From the NCBI GenBank assembly GCA_030390025.1, contig CM059425.1, positions 178,004,001 through 178,068,000 on the forward strand: 64,000 nt of DNA, given 5' to 3'. A program made the position numbers and the translations under genes. Source of the DNA: Squalus acanthias (taxonomy: Eukaryota). Below are positions 1 through 12,184 of the stretch, piece by piece; position 1 is the stretch's first letter; each line of letters begins with the position of its first letter. A model generated the notes under the pieces. It was not told the DNA's origin and ran no database searches. It saw only the letters and a list, made by a program, of their open reading frames with translations.

Positions 1-74
1 GTTACCTACTCAAGAATTTTGCCGGTTAAGAGAGATTTCCGGATATTTGGGTGCCGGTTAATAAAGAGTTTCCT

Positions 75-2320
75 GTACATCCACTGGTTCCCCTTTATCT
101 AACCTGCTAGTTACATCCTCAAAAAACTTTAATAAATTTGTCAAACTCGATTTCCCTTTCATAAAACCATGTTGACTCTGCCTAATCATGTTATGATTTT
201 CTAAGTGCCCTGATACCACTTCTTTAACAATGGATTCCAGCATTTTCCCAACGACTGATGTCAGGCTAACTGGCCTGTAGTTCCCTGTTTTCTCTCTCCC
301 TCCTTTCTTGAATCGCGATGTTACATTTGCGACCTACCAATCCGCTGGGACCATTCTAAAATCTAGGGAATTTTGGAAGATCAAAACCAATGCATCCACT
401 CTCTCTTCAGCCACCTCTTTTAGAACCAGGGGATTTGTCGGCTTTTAGTCCCATTAGTTTCTCTAGTACTTTTTCTCTACTTATATTAATTACGTTAAGT
501 TCATCACCATCATTAGACCCTTGGTTCCCCACCATTTTTGGTATGCTTTTTGTGTCTTCTACTGTGAAGAAAGATACAAAATATTTGTTTAACGTTTCTG
601 CCATTTCCTTATTCCCCATAATAATTACTCCTGTCTCAGCCTCTAAGGGACCAACATTTACTTTTGCTACTCTCTTCATTTTTACATACTTGTAGAAGCT
701 CTTACAATCTGCTTTTATATTTCTTGCTAGTTTTCTCTCATATTCTATTTTTTCCCTTTTTATCAATTTTTTGGTCAGCCTTTGCTGTTTTCTGAAACTC
801 TCCCAATCCTCTGGCTTACTATTATTCTTTGCTACATTATAAGCTTCTTCTTTCAATCTAATGCTATCCTTAACTTCTTTAGTTAGCCACGGTTGGAAAA
901 CTTTTCCTGTGGAGTTTTTGTTTCTCAATGGAATGTATTTTTGTTGAGAATTATGAAATATTGCTTTAAATATCTGCTTATCTACCGCCATACCTTTTAA
1001 TCTATTTTTCCAATCTACCTTAGCCAACTCACCCCTCATACCTATGTAATTGGCTTTATTTAAGTTTAAGATTCTAGTTTCAGACTTAGACAAGTCACTC
1101 TCAAAATTAACGTGAAATTCTATCATATTTTGATTACTCTGCCCCAGAGCATCCTTTACTATGAGGTTGCTAATTAACCCTGTCTCATTACACAATACAA
1201 GATCTAAAATAGCCTGATCCCTGGTTGGTTCCATGACATATTGTTCTAGGAAACTGTCCCAAATGCATTCCATGAACTCGTTCTCCAGACTACCTTTGCC
1301 AATTTGATTTGTCTAGTCTATATGAAGATTAAAGTCCCCCAAGATTATTGCATTACCTTTGTTGCAAGCTCCTACTATTTCTTGCTTAATATTCTGTCCA
1401 ATGGTATAGCCACTGTTAGGGGGCCTATATACTACTCCTACCAATGTTTTCTGCCCCTTGTCATTCCTTATCTCCATCCATACTGATTCTACTTCCTGAT
1501 CTTCCGAGCCAAGATCCTTTCTCGCTACTGTCCTTATGTCATCCTTTATTATCAGAGCTACTCCCCCTTCTTTTCCATTCTGCCTGTCTTTTCAAAACGT
1601 CAAGTACCCTGGAACATTTAGTTCCCAACCTTGGCCACCTTGCAACCACGTCTCTGTAATGGCTATTAGATCAAACCCATTTATTTCTATTTGTGCCACA
1701 AGGTCATCTATCTTGTTACGAATGCTTCGTGCATTCAGATAAAGAGCCTTTAATTTAAATGTTTTACCATTATTCCCTGCTTTGACCTTATTCTCTGCTG
1801 CACTGCTACCATTAAACTCTCTGTCCCATCCTGTCACACTCTGCTTATTTTTACCCACATCGCTACACAGCTCTATTGCCTTGACCTTTCTCTTTAGATT
1901 TCTAAATTTCCCCTCACCTGACCCTTCCCCCCTCTTTTCTAGTTTAAAGCCCTATCTACAGCCCTAGTTATTCGATTCACCAGGACGAAACAGCTCCCTC
2001 TTTCCCCAGTACTGGTGTCAGCGCCCCATGAATTGAAACCCCTTTTTCCCACACCACTCTTTCAGCCAATTTGCACATGGCTCAGGTAGTAATCCAGAGA
2101 TTATTACCCTTGTGGTTCTGCTTATTAATTTAGACCCTAGCTCCTCAAACTCCCTCAGCAGAACCTCATTCTTAGTTCTACCTATGTCGTTGGTTCCTAC
2201 ATGGACCACGTCAACTGGATCCTTCCCCTCCCACTCCAAGTTCTTCTCCAGCTGTGAGGAGATATCCCTGGCACCGGGCAGGCAACACAGCCTTCGGGAC
2301 TCTCTTTCACGGCTGCAGAG
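75..2320 (-). mobile_element. CR1 LINE, decayed and internally deleted (ORF1 esterase end, APE endonuclease, start of RT)
   Basis: Minus ORFs: 2018-2380 VVHVGTNDIGR (SGNH esterase-like ORF1), 1592-1858 LYLNARSIRNK..IAITETWL (APE), 407-1273 and 58-243 QSQHGFMKGKS (ORF2). Broken by stops and deletions. Confidence 0.9.
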
Positions 2321-2845
2321 AACAGTATTCTGCGGGTTGTGAGAAATTTCTTGCAATGTGTTGGAGATCGGGAGTCCCATTTATGTATCATCTCAACCAT
2401 ATGCTTGGAATTATCTTTACTGCCTCCCCATGAGACCAATGCTCCTTAATCATAGCCCTTTTGAAGACTGGGCCATTGAGATGTGGGACCCTAAGCTTCG
2501 CTGCCAAGGGCGTTTGCCCCTCAAACCCTCCGTGGAGGAATCTACCAAAAGACTAAGGATACTAATAGAAGGAGATGCAAGGAATCAATGAGTAGTGAAG
2601 ATTTGGAGTGATACAAAAATCAGTTGAGGACAAACTGTAAGTGTTAGTAAGAGTACACCAGAAAAACAAATTGTAAACAACAGCAAGAAGGATCCAATAT
2701 TTATTTTAGTTATAAGTAGTAGATAGTGTTATTGCTGAGGCAATTCCTTTAGGATAAATTAGGTACAAATATTACAGGGGATCAGAAAATAGCAGAAGTG
2801 TTCAATTAATTTTTCATATCAGTTGTTACAAATTTAAGATATGAA

Positions 2846-3602
2846 GGGGGAGAAATGGGCTTGGTTTGCGCCTCCCGTTAGCGCCTGCGGGGGCGGTAAT
2901 GGGGCGCTAAGGGGTTACCGACCGGGCGCGGCGAAGTCACCGACGCCCGCGAACTTCCCTGATGGTTTTGCACTGGCGGTAACACTTACCGCCTCGTTCT
3001 CTTGCGCCCTGTAGATCGTGACGTCATCCAGTGCGCAATGCCTCATACCGCCCCGGATGTAATATTCGCTCCCGCCCCCTGCAGCATTGCCGGGTGTCAA
3101 CAACGGCAGCTGCAGGAGGCATTGTCTCCTCGGCTGGCTGCTTGGGGAACGGTATTTAAAGGCAGTGGTGATCAGGTAGGGCTAAATTTATTTATCTCCC
3201 CATTCTGGTGCCTCCTGATTTGTCTTGATGCTGCCATTCCTCAGCCTTGCACTCTCTTAGAGTGCTTGGGGCTGTTATGCATGTAGCACAGGTCCTGTGG
3301 CCCCACAGAGATAGCATGAGGATTGATTCAAACCAACATTGGCCCTTCCCTTTAAGCGAGGGAATGAGCCTCCAAAGACGGCAGCGCTGCACGGAACATT
3401 GTGCAGCGCTCTGCCGCTACCGCCAGTCTCGCTCACTTTAGCGCTCTAAGGGAAGTGATAACGCTTGATTTAGCGCCCCACTTCCCTCTTGGAGCGCTAA
3501 AGCTGAAGTTCCCGGGAGCAAAAAATCTTTTTCTCCTGGCGATAGTTTTGCGCTCTCTGAAAAGTTATCGCCCCAACTGGGGTGCTACGCAATTTCTAGC
3601 CC
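2846..3602. mobile_element. Non-autonomous Harbinger/PIF-type element (MITE)
   Basis: Ends gggggagaaatg...caatttctagccc (imperfect TIR), flanked on both sides by GAA (2843-2845, 3603-3605). GC-rich interior, set in AT-rich decayed CR1 remnants. Confidence 0.7.
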
Positions 3603-4480
3603 GAAGAAACTCAAAGCATTAAGAGGATACTTTTCCTGTCTGGTGGGTGTTAACACCTTTTAGATAGGAATTTGTTGGTATGTGCCTTGAATTCAGAGGG
3701 AACAAAGCATTTGGTAAGCAGCAGTGGCTTAAGTCAAAAGTGAAGGATTAAGACACCTGATCAGTGCTAAGTATGTTGATCACTATTTAGAACCTTAAGG
3801 AGGAAATCAGCTTCTTGATCCCTATAAGTCACTAGGATGTGCTGATCTGAAGAATTTAAATCTACTTGTGCAAAATTAATCCCCAGAAAGACAACATTTA
3901 ATGAGGTGGAGGAGGACAGTGATATTTAGCATGGGGTGGAGCTTTCTCCCCCATCCACACTTTAGGTCATGCATACAGGGCACCTGGAACTGATGAAATA
4001 CACCCTACAATCCTCAAGGAAATTAGTGAAGAAATAAACGAGCCAGTCGATAATATTTTTAGGAACTCCATAACTATAGGTGCGGTATCTTGGGTTACTG
4101 AGCGATAGCAAGTATTACTACAATAAATAAAAAGGAGTAACACATGAATCAGAAAATTATAAACCAGTTAGCATAACAATTGTAGTGGAGGAAATGCTTG
4201 ACAGCAGTTGTCAGATGCTAATATTGTTCACCTAATGAGTGTAGAGACCTTTAGCAGCAGTCAACATACTTCAGTATTCAATAGAATTCTTTGAGGAGGT
4301 AACTAAACTAGTGAATAAAGGCTGTTCAGTAGATATAATTTAATTGATTTTTCAAATGGCGTTTTCTAAAATTACATGAGTAAAGCTTCCATTAAAAAAA
4401 AACTAAGGCACATTGAATTGATGGTTTGATTATAGAAACATAAATGCTTTCTTTGGGGTGGGGGGGCGGGTGGTGACAAG

Positions 4481-4635
4481 CAATGTTCTAGTTAAGGTGC
4501 GCGTGCAGCTGCCCAGTCATCTGGAATGTCCCGCGCAGGCTGCTCACCGGCTTTTACTTGCGCAGAAATTTAAAGGGCCCGTGCATTAAAAGAAACAAGC
4601 CTCGCAGAACAAAGCACAGCTTACAGGGAACATTG
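4481..4635. mobile_element. hAT-type MITE
   Basis: TIR caatgttc...gaacattg. 8-bp flanks gtgacaag/gggacaag (7/8 match), the TSD length typical of hAT. Confidence 0.7.
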
Positions 4636-4729
4636 GGGACAAGATTCATGGAATTCTCCAGGGATCTGTTCTGGCTACTTTGTTTTTTTTCACTATTCAT
4701 AAATGATATGAAGGTTTTTACTTTTCGAA

Positions 4730-5080
4730 GTCCCATTCACCAGTCACCCCTGTGCTCGCTGATCTACATTGGCTCTCGGTTAAGCAACGCCTCGATTTTA
4801 AAATTCTCATCCTTGTTTTCAAATCCCTCCATGGCCTCGTCCCTCCCTATCTCTGCAACTTCTTCCAGCCCGACAACCCCCCGAGATATCTGCGCTCCTC
4901 AAATTCTGGCCTTTTGAGCATCCCCGATTTTAATTGCTCCAACATTGGTGGCAGTGCCTTCAGCTGCCGAGGACCGAAGCTCTGGAATTCCTCCCTAAGC
5001 CTCTCCGCCTCTCTACCTCTCTCTCCTCCTTTTAAAACGCTCCTTAAAACCTACCTCTTTGACTATATAAATGCAAGTTA
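4730..5080 (+). mobile_element. L2 LINE 3' fragment
   Basis: LADLHWLSVKQRLDFKILILVFKSLHGL..PKLWNS..FKTLLKTYLF, then tatataaatgcaagtt tail. Homologous to 25925-26400, 29934-30395 and 61380-62539. Confidence 0.85.
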
Positions 5081-6762
5081 TTGTGGTAGAATTATAGAAC
5101 TTGCAGCACAGAATGATACCATTTGGCCCAGTGTACCTGTGCTTATGCTAGTTGCTCAACTGGAGCTGTCTATTGTAATCCCATTTCCCATCCTTTTTCG
5201 CATATCCTTTTATATTCTTCCTTTACAAATTATGGGTCGGATTTTGCAGTAAAAATAATGGTGAGGCTAACATGTAAATCGGACGGCAACTTCCAGCAAC
5301 CACACATGTGCAGTTAAATGCATAAATCAGGAAGTTGCTGTCCGAGTTGCCCTGCTCCTCCAGAAGCTGCGCTATACCAATATCTCGCTGAGGGACTCAC
5401 CTTTGAAATACATGGAATGGTGTGAAGTTGCTCTATTCATGTGATCGATACCCACTAAACTCACTAGAAAAAGTTAGGGCTTGTCCATTCCAGTGTAAGT
5501 ACCCTTTTAACAGTGTGATAAGTCTTAATTACTGCCAAATCAACACTCTGGCACTGAAAATTAACTTTTACAAGTGTTCTCATTTCTGCCGATTTTAATT
5601 TATTGTTGGAGATTTAAAAAAAATAAAAAGTCATTTTTTTTTACATTCGCTTTCTCTTTTATCTCTCTTTCTTAATCCCATCTTTCTTTCCCTCTCTTTA
5701 TTTTTCTTTCTGTACCTGATTAGACATTAAAATAAATATTCTAACTGACACTTCCTGGTTCAGACCCTGCGCTGCTCATTAACGATTCTGCAATTTGATT
5801 GGTTAAGGAGATACGCAGTTGCTTTCGCTGTTCACACAGGTCCCAGATGCCCTGTAGAGGGCACTGTATTTTTTTGGCTAGTTGGCTGACAGGAACTTCT
5901 AGTGCATTATCTAGTTGCAGAGTGTTGGAGGTGGGGCGGGACTTCCAACAGGGCACAATTTCAAAATGTGCGGATGACAGGAAGCTTAGAAGTGTAGTAA
6001 ACAGTGAGGAAGATAGCAATAGACTTCACGAGGACATAGACAGGCTGGTGGAATGGGCGGATACATTGGAGACGAAGTTCAACACAGAAAAGTGTGAGAT
6101 GATACATTTTGGTAGGAAGAATATAAGCTAAATGGCACAATTTTAAAGGGGGTGCAAGAACAGAGAGACCGCTGGGTGCTTGTGCACAAATCTTTGAAGG
6201 TGGCAGGACGGGTTAACAAAGCCGTTAATAAAGCATATGGGATCCTGGGTTTTCTAAATAGAGACAAAGGCCGCGAAATTTCGCTCCATAGCGCCCGGTT
6301 TTTCGGCGCTACAGATGCTCTTTTGGGTCCAAAATGATGTCTGTGCCACGCACACCAACTTCTGGTGTGGGCCACGCTGGATGCCATTTTGGTGAAGTCG
6401 TTAGCGCGGGCGCTGGGATCGTGCGCCGTAAGTATGCAGAGTAGGCAGATCGTGATGTCAGTCAGTGTGTAACGCTGAGTTGACACCAGCGCTGCCTTTT
6501 TCGACCTCAATGCTCCAGCTAACGGCCTCTTTTAAACAGGCACAATTTAACATGCATTCAGCAGCAGGAAGGACACCCCCAAAAGCACTATTTAAACACA
6601 TCATCAACTGCTTTCAGGTTAGTTGCTGATTGGTTTCTACTGGCTCTTTGTGTTTGTAGAAGTGTTTGGTGGTTTGTTATCTAATTTGAAGTTGCTGAAG
6701 TCTCCAGGGAGTGGTGTGGCAGGTTACTTCAAGGCTTCTGCTCAGACCAGTTGCTCCCAGAC

Positions 6763-7883
6763 ATGGGTGCAGTAGTTTGTATTCCCCCTAACCTACTGCA
6801 TGATAGGGAAAATAAGCAGAGGTGACACAAAGGAGGACAAGCTGCTCAAAGAGGGAGGAGGGGGAGAAGGGCTCTCAGCAGGAGGTCATATCCACATAGG
6901 GTCTTCAGGGAGCAACTCTCCGACCTCAACCTCTGTGAGGAACAGTGTAAGCGATGACTCTGCTTCACTAAGGAGGTGCTCACTGAAACCTGCCACCTGC
7001 TGCAGGCAGAACTGCAGCCTTAGAGCAGGGCGAGGGCAGCATTGCCAGTGGCTGTGAAGGTGAGCGTGGCCGTGAATTTTTGTGCGTTGGGCTTCTTCCA
7101 GGCTGGAGCAGGTGACATTTACAACAGCTCACAGTTTGCCGTTCACCGTTGCATAACGGAGGTCACTGAGGCTCTGTATGCAAAGAGAGCTGAATCCATT
7201 TCATTCTCTCTTGCCAGAGAGAAGCAGGCAGAGCGAGCACGCGGCTTCACCAGGATAGCAGGCTTTCCCATGTTGCAGGGTGCCATTGACTGCACACACG
7301 TTGCTTTGCAGGTGTCGCATTTGAATTTGGAGGGGATTCGATGCCATCAATGTCCAGCTGGTGTGCGACCATACTCGGTGCATCTTTCAGGTCAATACCC
7401 GGTATTCTGGCAGCTGTCATGATGCTGTCATTCTGCAACAGTCCGCTGTACCATCTGTATTTGAGCCACAACAACAAACCAGAGGGTGGATACTGGGCGA
7501 CACGGGCTATCTGCTGATCTGGCTCATGGCTTCAGTGTGCAACCCAAGCACACATGGGGAGCATGCATATAACGATAGCCATGCTGGCACACAGAATATG
7601 ATCGAGCAGGCCATTGGGGTGCTTAAACAATGTTACCGCTGCCTGGACTGCTCTGGAGGAGCCCTTCAGTACTCGCCAGAGCGCGTCTCAAGATTTGTCA
7701 TGGTCTGCTGCATGCTAAGCAACCTCACCATTATGAGGGCACAACCCTTGCCATCAGGTATAGGGCAAAGAGCTGAGGAGGAGGAGGAGGAGCAGGAGGA
7801 GGAGGAAGGGAGGAAGGCAACCAAAACAGCTGCTTTCTGGCCGAGCTGTCCATGATCAACTCATCCGACTGCGGTACCAGTGA
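6763..7883 (+). pseudogene. Harbinger (HARBI1-like) DDE transposase, frameshifted
   Basis: GFPMLQGAIDCTHV, INVQLVCD, GSCHDAVIL, WILGDTGY and IEQAIGVLKQCYRCLD motifs spread over ORFs 7042-7422 and 7361-7855. Confidence 0.9.
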
Positions 7884-8044
7884 ACACAACCCCATTCACA
7901 AACAGTCCCACAACTTACCATCCCTCTGTTACTGACCATCACAGCCTCCTCTTAGTCACAATGCTACAATAAAAGCCACCACAAAACAAACATTCAAAAC
8001 TAAATTTATAAATCAAACCATCCAATAATATATACCAAAGTCAA

Positions 8045-9985
8045 CTAATTACCCTTGTGCATTCCCTTAGTGCCTGTCTTGCGTGTGCCTTTGACTGTCC
8101 TAGTGCTCCTATGCAGTGCTACCCCAGTGGCTGCAGCACAGCTGGTAGAAGGCTGCTGACTTTCAGTTGGGGAAACTGCAGATGACCTTGGAGGACGACC
8201 TTGAGCAGCTCTGGGCCTAGTACGCCCAGCTTCGGACTGCACCATCTCGGCATGGGCAGCAGCAGTCCGGGCTGGCTGGCTGTCAGGCAAAAGCAAGGGC
8301 ACCAGCAGAATGGCAGTTGTGAGTGAACGAATACTGTCATCCTGAGAGAGGACAGCAGGTTTGGGCTCCATGGAGCCACTGCCACTCCCCCGGGGCAGCG
8401 CCTGAGCAATCCTAGTAATCTGTTGGAGGACAGATTGCTGAACTGCTGTGACACCCTGCAAGCCCCTTTCAACACTGGTAACAGCAGCCACGATGGCGGC
8501 AGTCTGGGCTTGTGTGGCAGCAAGCTGAGCTTGCATGACAGAGTCTGAGCGTCCACTGCAACACCCAGACGTTGCATGGTTTCTGCTTGTGCCACAATGG
8601 AAGCTGAGACTTTGGCCATCAGACTCTGCATCATGGTTGGGTCCACAAGTGTGCTAATGGAGTTGCCCATCACTTCCATGCTGGAAATCATGGGCTGCAA
8701 GCTCTGCGCAAAGCCCTGTGCTGGACTCCTCCATGCTCCTTGACATTGCACACAGGCTTTCTGACAGGCCTGCCAATGCACTAAGTATTTAATTTTGCAT
8801 ACCCATCAGCGTTCTTCTGTAGACCACCCCATCAAAGTCCTCATCTGAGTCCTCTGCAGCAGAATTCGTGTACGACCTGGGAGCTGGTACCTGCACTACA
8901 CTTGCCCTCTGTCCTGGCTGCAGGTCACTCCTGCCCGGTCTCTCGCCATGTGCAGATCCAGGGTCTAAGCTATCCTCTAAAGTACGCGGATTGTAAGTAT
9001 CTGAGCTGGTGGCTGCGAGTGTGAACTTGAGTGATGGTGCTGTGTCCTCAGCATCACTGCCTTCTTCCTCTTCCTGTTGTTGCTCCTCCACCAGTGCCTG
9101 GCCAGATTGCAGTTCCTGGCTATCTGAAAGGAGAAAGGCACAAGGGTAGAGTTCCAGTGAGTGGGGGGTGCGGCGTGGGGCGGGGTGAGGGGGGTGGGCA
9201 ACAGGGGGTGCAGCTTACACCATCTGCAGTTTGTAAATCAGAAGAGATTGTGGGATGAGGGGGAAGTGGGATGTGAGAAGGAGGATTAGGTATGTGGATA
9301 CCATCATCTTCGATTGTTTCAGCCTCGCCGCTGGCCACGGGCTCAGCAGATGGCCGCTCCAATAATCTCTAGCACTGTCTCCTCCCTGGGGGTTAGGTCA
9401 TGCAGGCACACCTGTTTCCCTGCGGGTAGCCCCTGCTGCCTCTGGTTATAAGCCACCTTGTCTTGCAAGAGAGAGTGAAGTGTGTTAGTGAGTGTCATGC
9501 AATGTGTTTCGCTGATGTGCCTGTCATGGTTAAATAGCTGGCAGTGTATACAATCTGTGAGATGTGGGTGTGAGGCTTGCAACAGTGCTAAATGTGTGAG
9601 GGTGAGATGAAGCTATGAATGTGAGGTATGAGTCATGATTGATAGAGATTGTTGTTAGGTGAGTGAAGGGAGGTGGTGAATTGAACAGTGTCTGAGCCTA
9701 GTGGTTCAGTTGTAAGGATATGGCATTTGAAGATGAATTAATTGACCTTGACCACTCATGTGAGGTCGTTAAACGTCTTGCGGCCATGTATCCAGGTCCT
9801 CGGGGCTACACTGTTGGCATTGACCGCGACGGCTATCTGCTCCCATTGCTTTCTCACAGTTTGTCTGGAGGGCCTCCTGGCCCCCTGTGGAAAGAGGACC
9901 TTTCTCCTCCTGTCCACATCCTGCACCAGGGCCTCAAGTGCTGAGTCTGAGAACCTTGGAGCACGCTCTCTGCCCTGTTGCGTCT
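8045..9985 (-). pseudogene. Harbinger Myb/SANT-like (trihelix) accessory gene, 3 exons (about 9985-9747, 9462-9302, 9123-8045), decayed
   Basis: Exon 1 reads RAPRFSDSALEAL..WEQIAVAVNA..RTW..RKTFNDL followed by a gt donor. Exon 2 DKVAYNQRQQ..LTPREETVLEIIG. tttcag acceptor at about 9124. Confidence 0.75.
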
Positions 9986-12184
9986 TTTGTCAGTGTTCTT
10001 CCTGCTTAGAACATCTTCCCCAGCAACTTCTAGCACCTGCTCCAGCCAGAATGTACCTCCCCTTTAAAATGTGCCGCCTGGCCTTAAGTAGTGCAGGCTA
10101 GCTTTAAGTGGTGCTAGCCATGCATGGACTTGGGCCCCCTGCTGAGGTGTGCAGCCACACAACAGCGCTGCATTCCACTATCATTTAAATTAGCAGGCAG
10201 CACGAAGTTTGTATGCTGCCTGCATTAGAAGGAACGGGCGCAGGTTAATCGCACATCTTGGTCCCCTTGCCAGTTTTTGAGCCATGGCCAATTTCTAGGC
10301 TATAGAGTACTAAAGGCAGGAAGTTATGGTGAGCTTATATTAAACACTAGTTCAGCCCCAGCTGGAGTATTGTGTCCAATTCTGTGCACCACACTTTAGG
10401 AAGGACGTGAAGGCTTAGAGAGTGTACAGAAGAGGTTTTTTTTCATTCATGGGATGTGGGCGTCGCTGGCAAGGCCAGCATTTATTGCTCATCACTAATT
10501 GCCCTTGAGAAGGTGGTGGTGTGCCGTCTTCTTGAATCGCTGCTGTCCGTGTGGTGAAGGTACTCCCACAGTGCTGCTAGGTAGGGCCTCCAGGATTTTG
10601 ACCCCGCGACGATGAAGGAATGGCAATATATTTTCAATCGGGATGGTGTGTCACTTGGAAGGGAACTTGGAGGTGGTGGTGTTCCCATGCGTCTGCTGCC
10701 CTTGCCATTCTAGGTGGTACAGGTTGCGGGTTTGGGAGGTGCTGTCGAAGAAACCTTGGCGAGTTTCTGCAGTGCATCTTGTAAATGGTACACACTGCAG
10801 CCACGGTGTGCTGGTTGTGGAGCGAGTGAATGTTTAAGGTGGTGGATGGGGTGCCAATCAAGTGGGCTGCTTTGTCCTGGATGGTGTCGAGCTTCTTGAG
10901 TGCTGTTGGAGTTGCACTCATCCAGGCAAGTGGAGAGTATTCCATCACACTCCTGACTTGTGCCTTGTAGATGGTGGAAAGGCTTTGGGGAGTCAGGAGG
11001 TGAGTCACTTACTGCAGAATATCCAGTCTCTGACCTGCTCTTGTAGCCACAGTATTTATAAGAACATAAGAACATAAAAAATAGGAGCAGGAGTAGGCCA
11101 TTCGGCACCTCGAGCCTGCTCCACCATTCAATAAGATCATGGCTGATCTTCTACCTCAACTCCACTTTCCTGCACTCTCCCCATATCCCTTGATTCCCTT
11201 AATATCCAAAAATCTATCGATCTCTGTCTTGAATATACTCAACGACTGAGCCTCCACAGCCCTCTGGAGTAGAGAATTCCAAAGATTCACCACTCTCTCA
11301 GTGAAGAAATTTCTCCTCATCTCAGTCCTAAATGGCCGACCCCTTATTCTGAGACTGTGACCCCTGGTTCTAGACTCCCCAGCCAGGGGAAACATCCTCC
11401 CTGCATCTACCCTGTCAAGCCCTGTAAGAATTTTGTATGTTTCAATGAGATCATCTCTCATTCTTCTAAACGCTAGAGATATAGTCCTAGTCTACTCAAT
11501 CTCTCCTCATAGGACAATCTCCCCATTCCAGGAATCAGCCTGGTGAATCTTTGTTGCACTCCCTCTATGGCAAGTATATCCTTCCTTAGGTAAGGAGACC
11601 AAAACTGTACACAATACTCCAGGTGTGGTCTCACCAGGGCCCTATATAATTGCAGTAAGACGCCTAAACTCTTACACTCAAGTCCTCTTGTAATAAAGGC
11701 CAACATACCATTTGCTTTCCTAATTGCTTGCTGTACCTGCATGTTAACTTTCTGCAGGGTGACCAAGGCTGGGAGCTGAATATCCAAGATATTCGATATT
11801 TAGGAAGGACAGGCAAAAGGGAAAGGAAGTGGGATGGCGTTGTTAGTAAAGGATGAAATCAGAGCAATAGTGAGAAAGGATATTGGCTCAGAAAATCAAG
11901 ATGTAGAATCAGTCTGGGTGGAGCTAAGAAGCACCAAGGGGCAGAAAACATTGGTGGGAGTTGTCTATAGGCCTCCAAACAGTAGTGGTAATGTAGGGGA
12001 CAGCATCAAACAGGAAATTAGAGATGCATGTAACAAGGGTACCACAGTAATCATGGGTGACTTTAATCTACATATAGACTGGCCAAACCAAATTAGCAAT
12101 AATACTGTGGAGGATGAATTCCTGGAGTGTGTACAAGATGGTTTTTTAGACCAGTAGGTTGAGGTGCCAACTAGGGAACAGGCT

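Larger units (their letters stand above)
6269..10301 (+). mobile_element. Full-length decayed autonomous Harbinger transposon
   Basis: Ends ggccgcgaaatt...aatttctaggct. It interrupts a CR1 at an ATA site (flanks aaa/ata). Contains convergent transposase and Myb/SANT genes. Confidence 0.85.

Noticed and set aside
7042..7855. Domesticated HARBI1 host gene
   Set aside because: It is frameshifted and lies within TIRs alongside a Myb partner, so it is a transposon copy.
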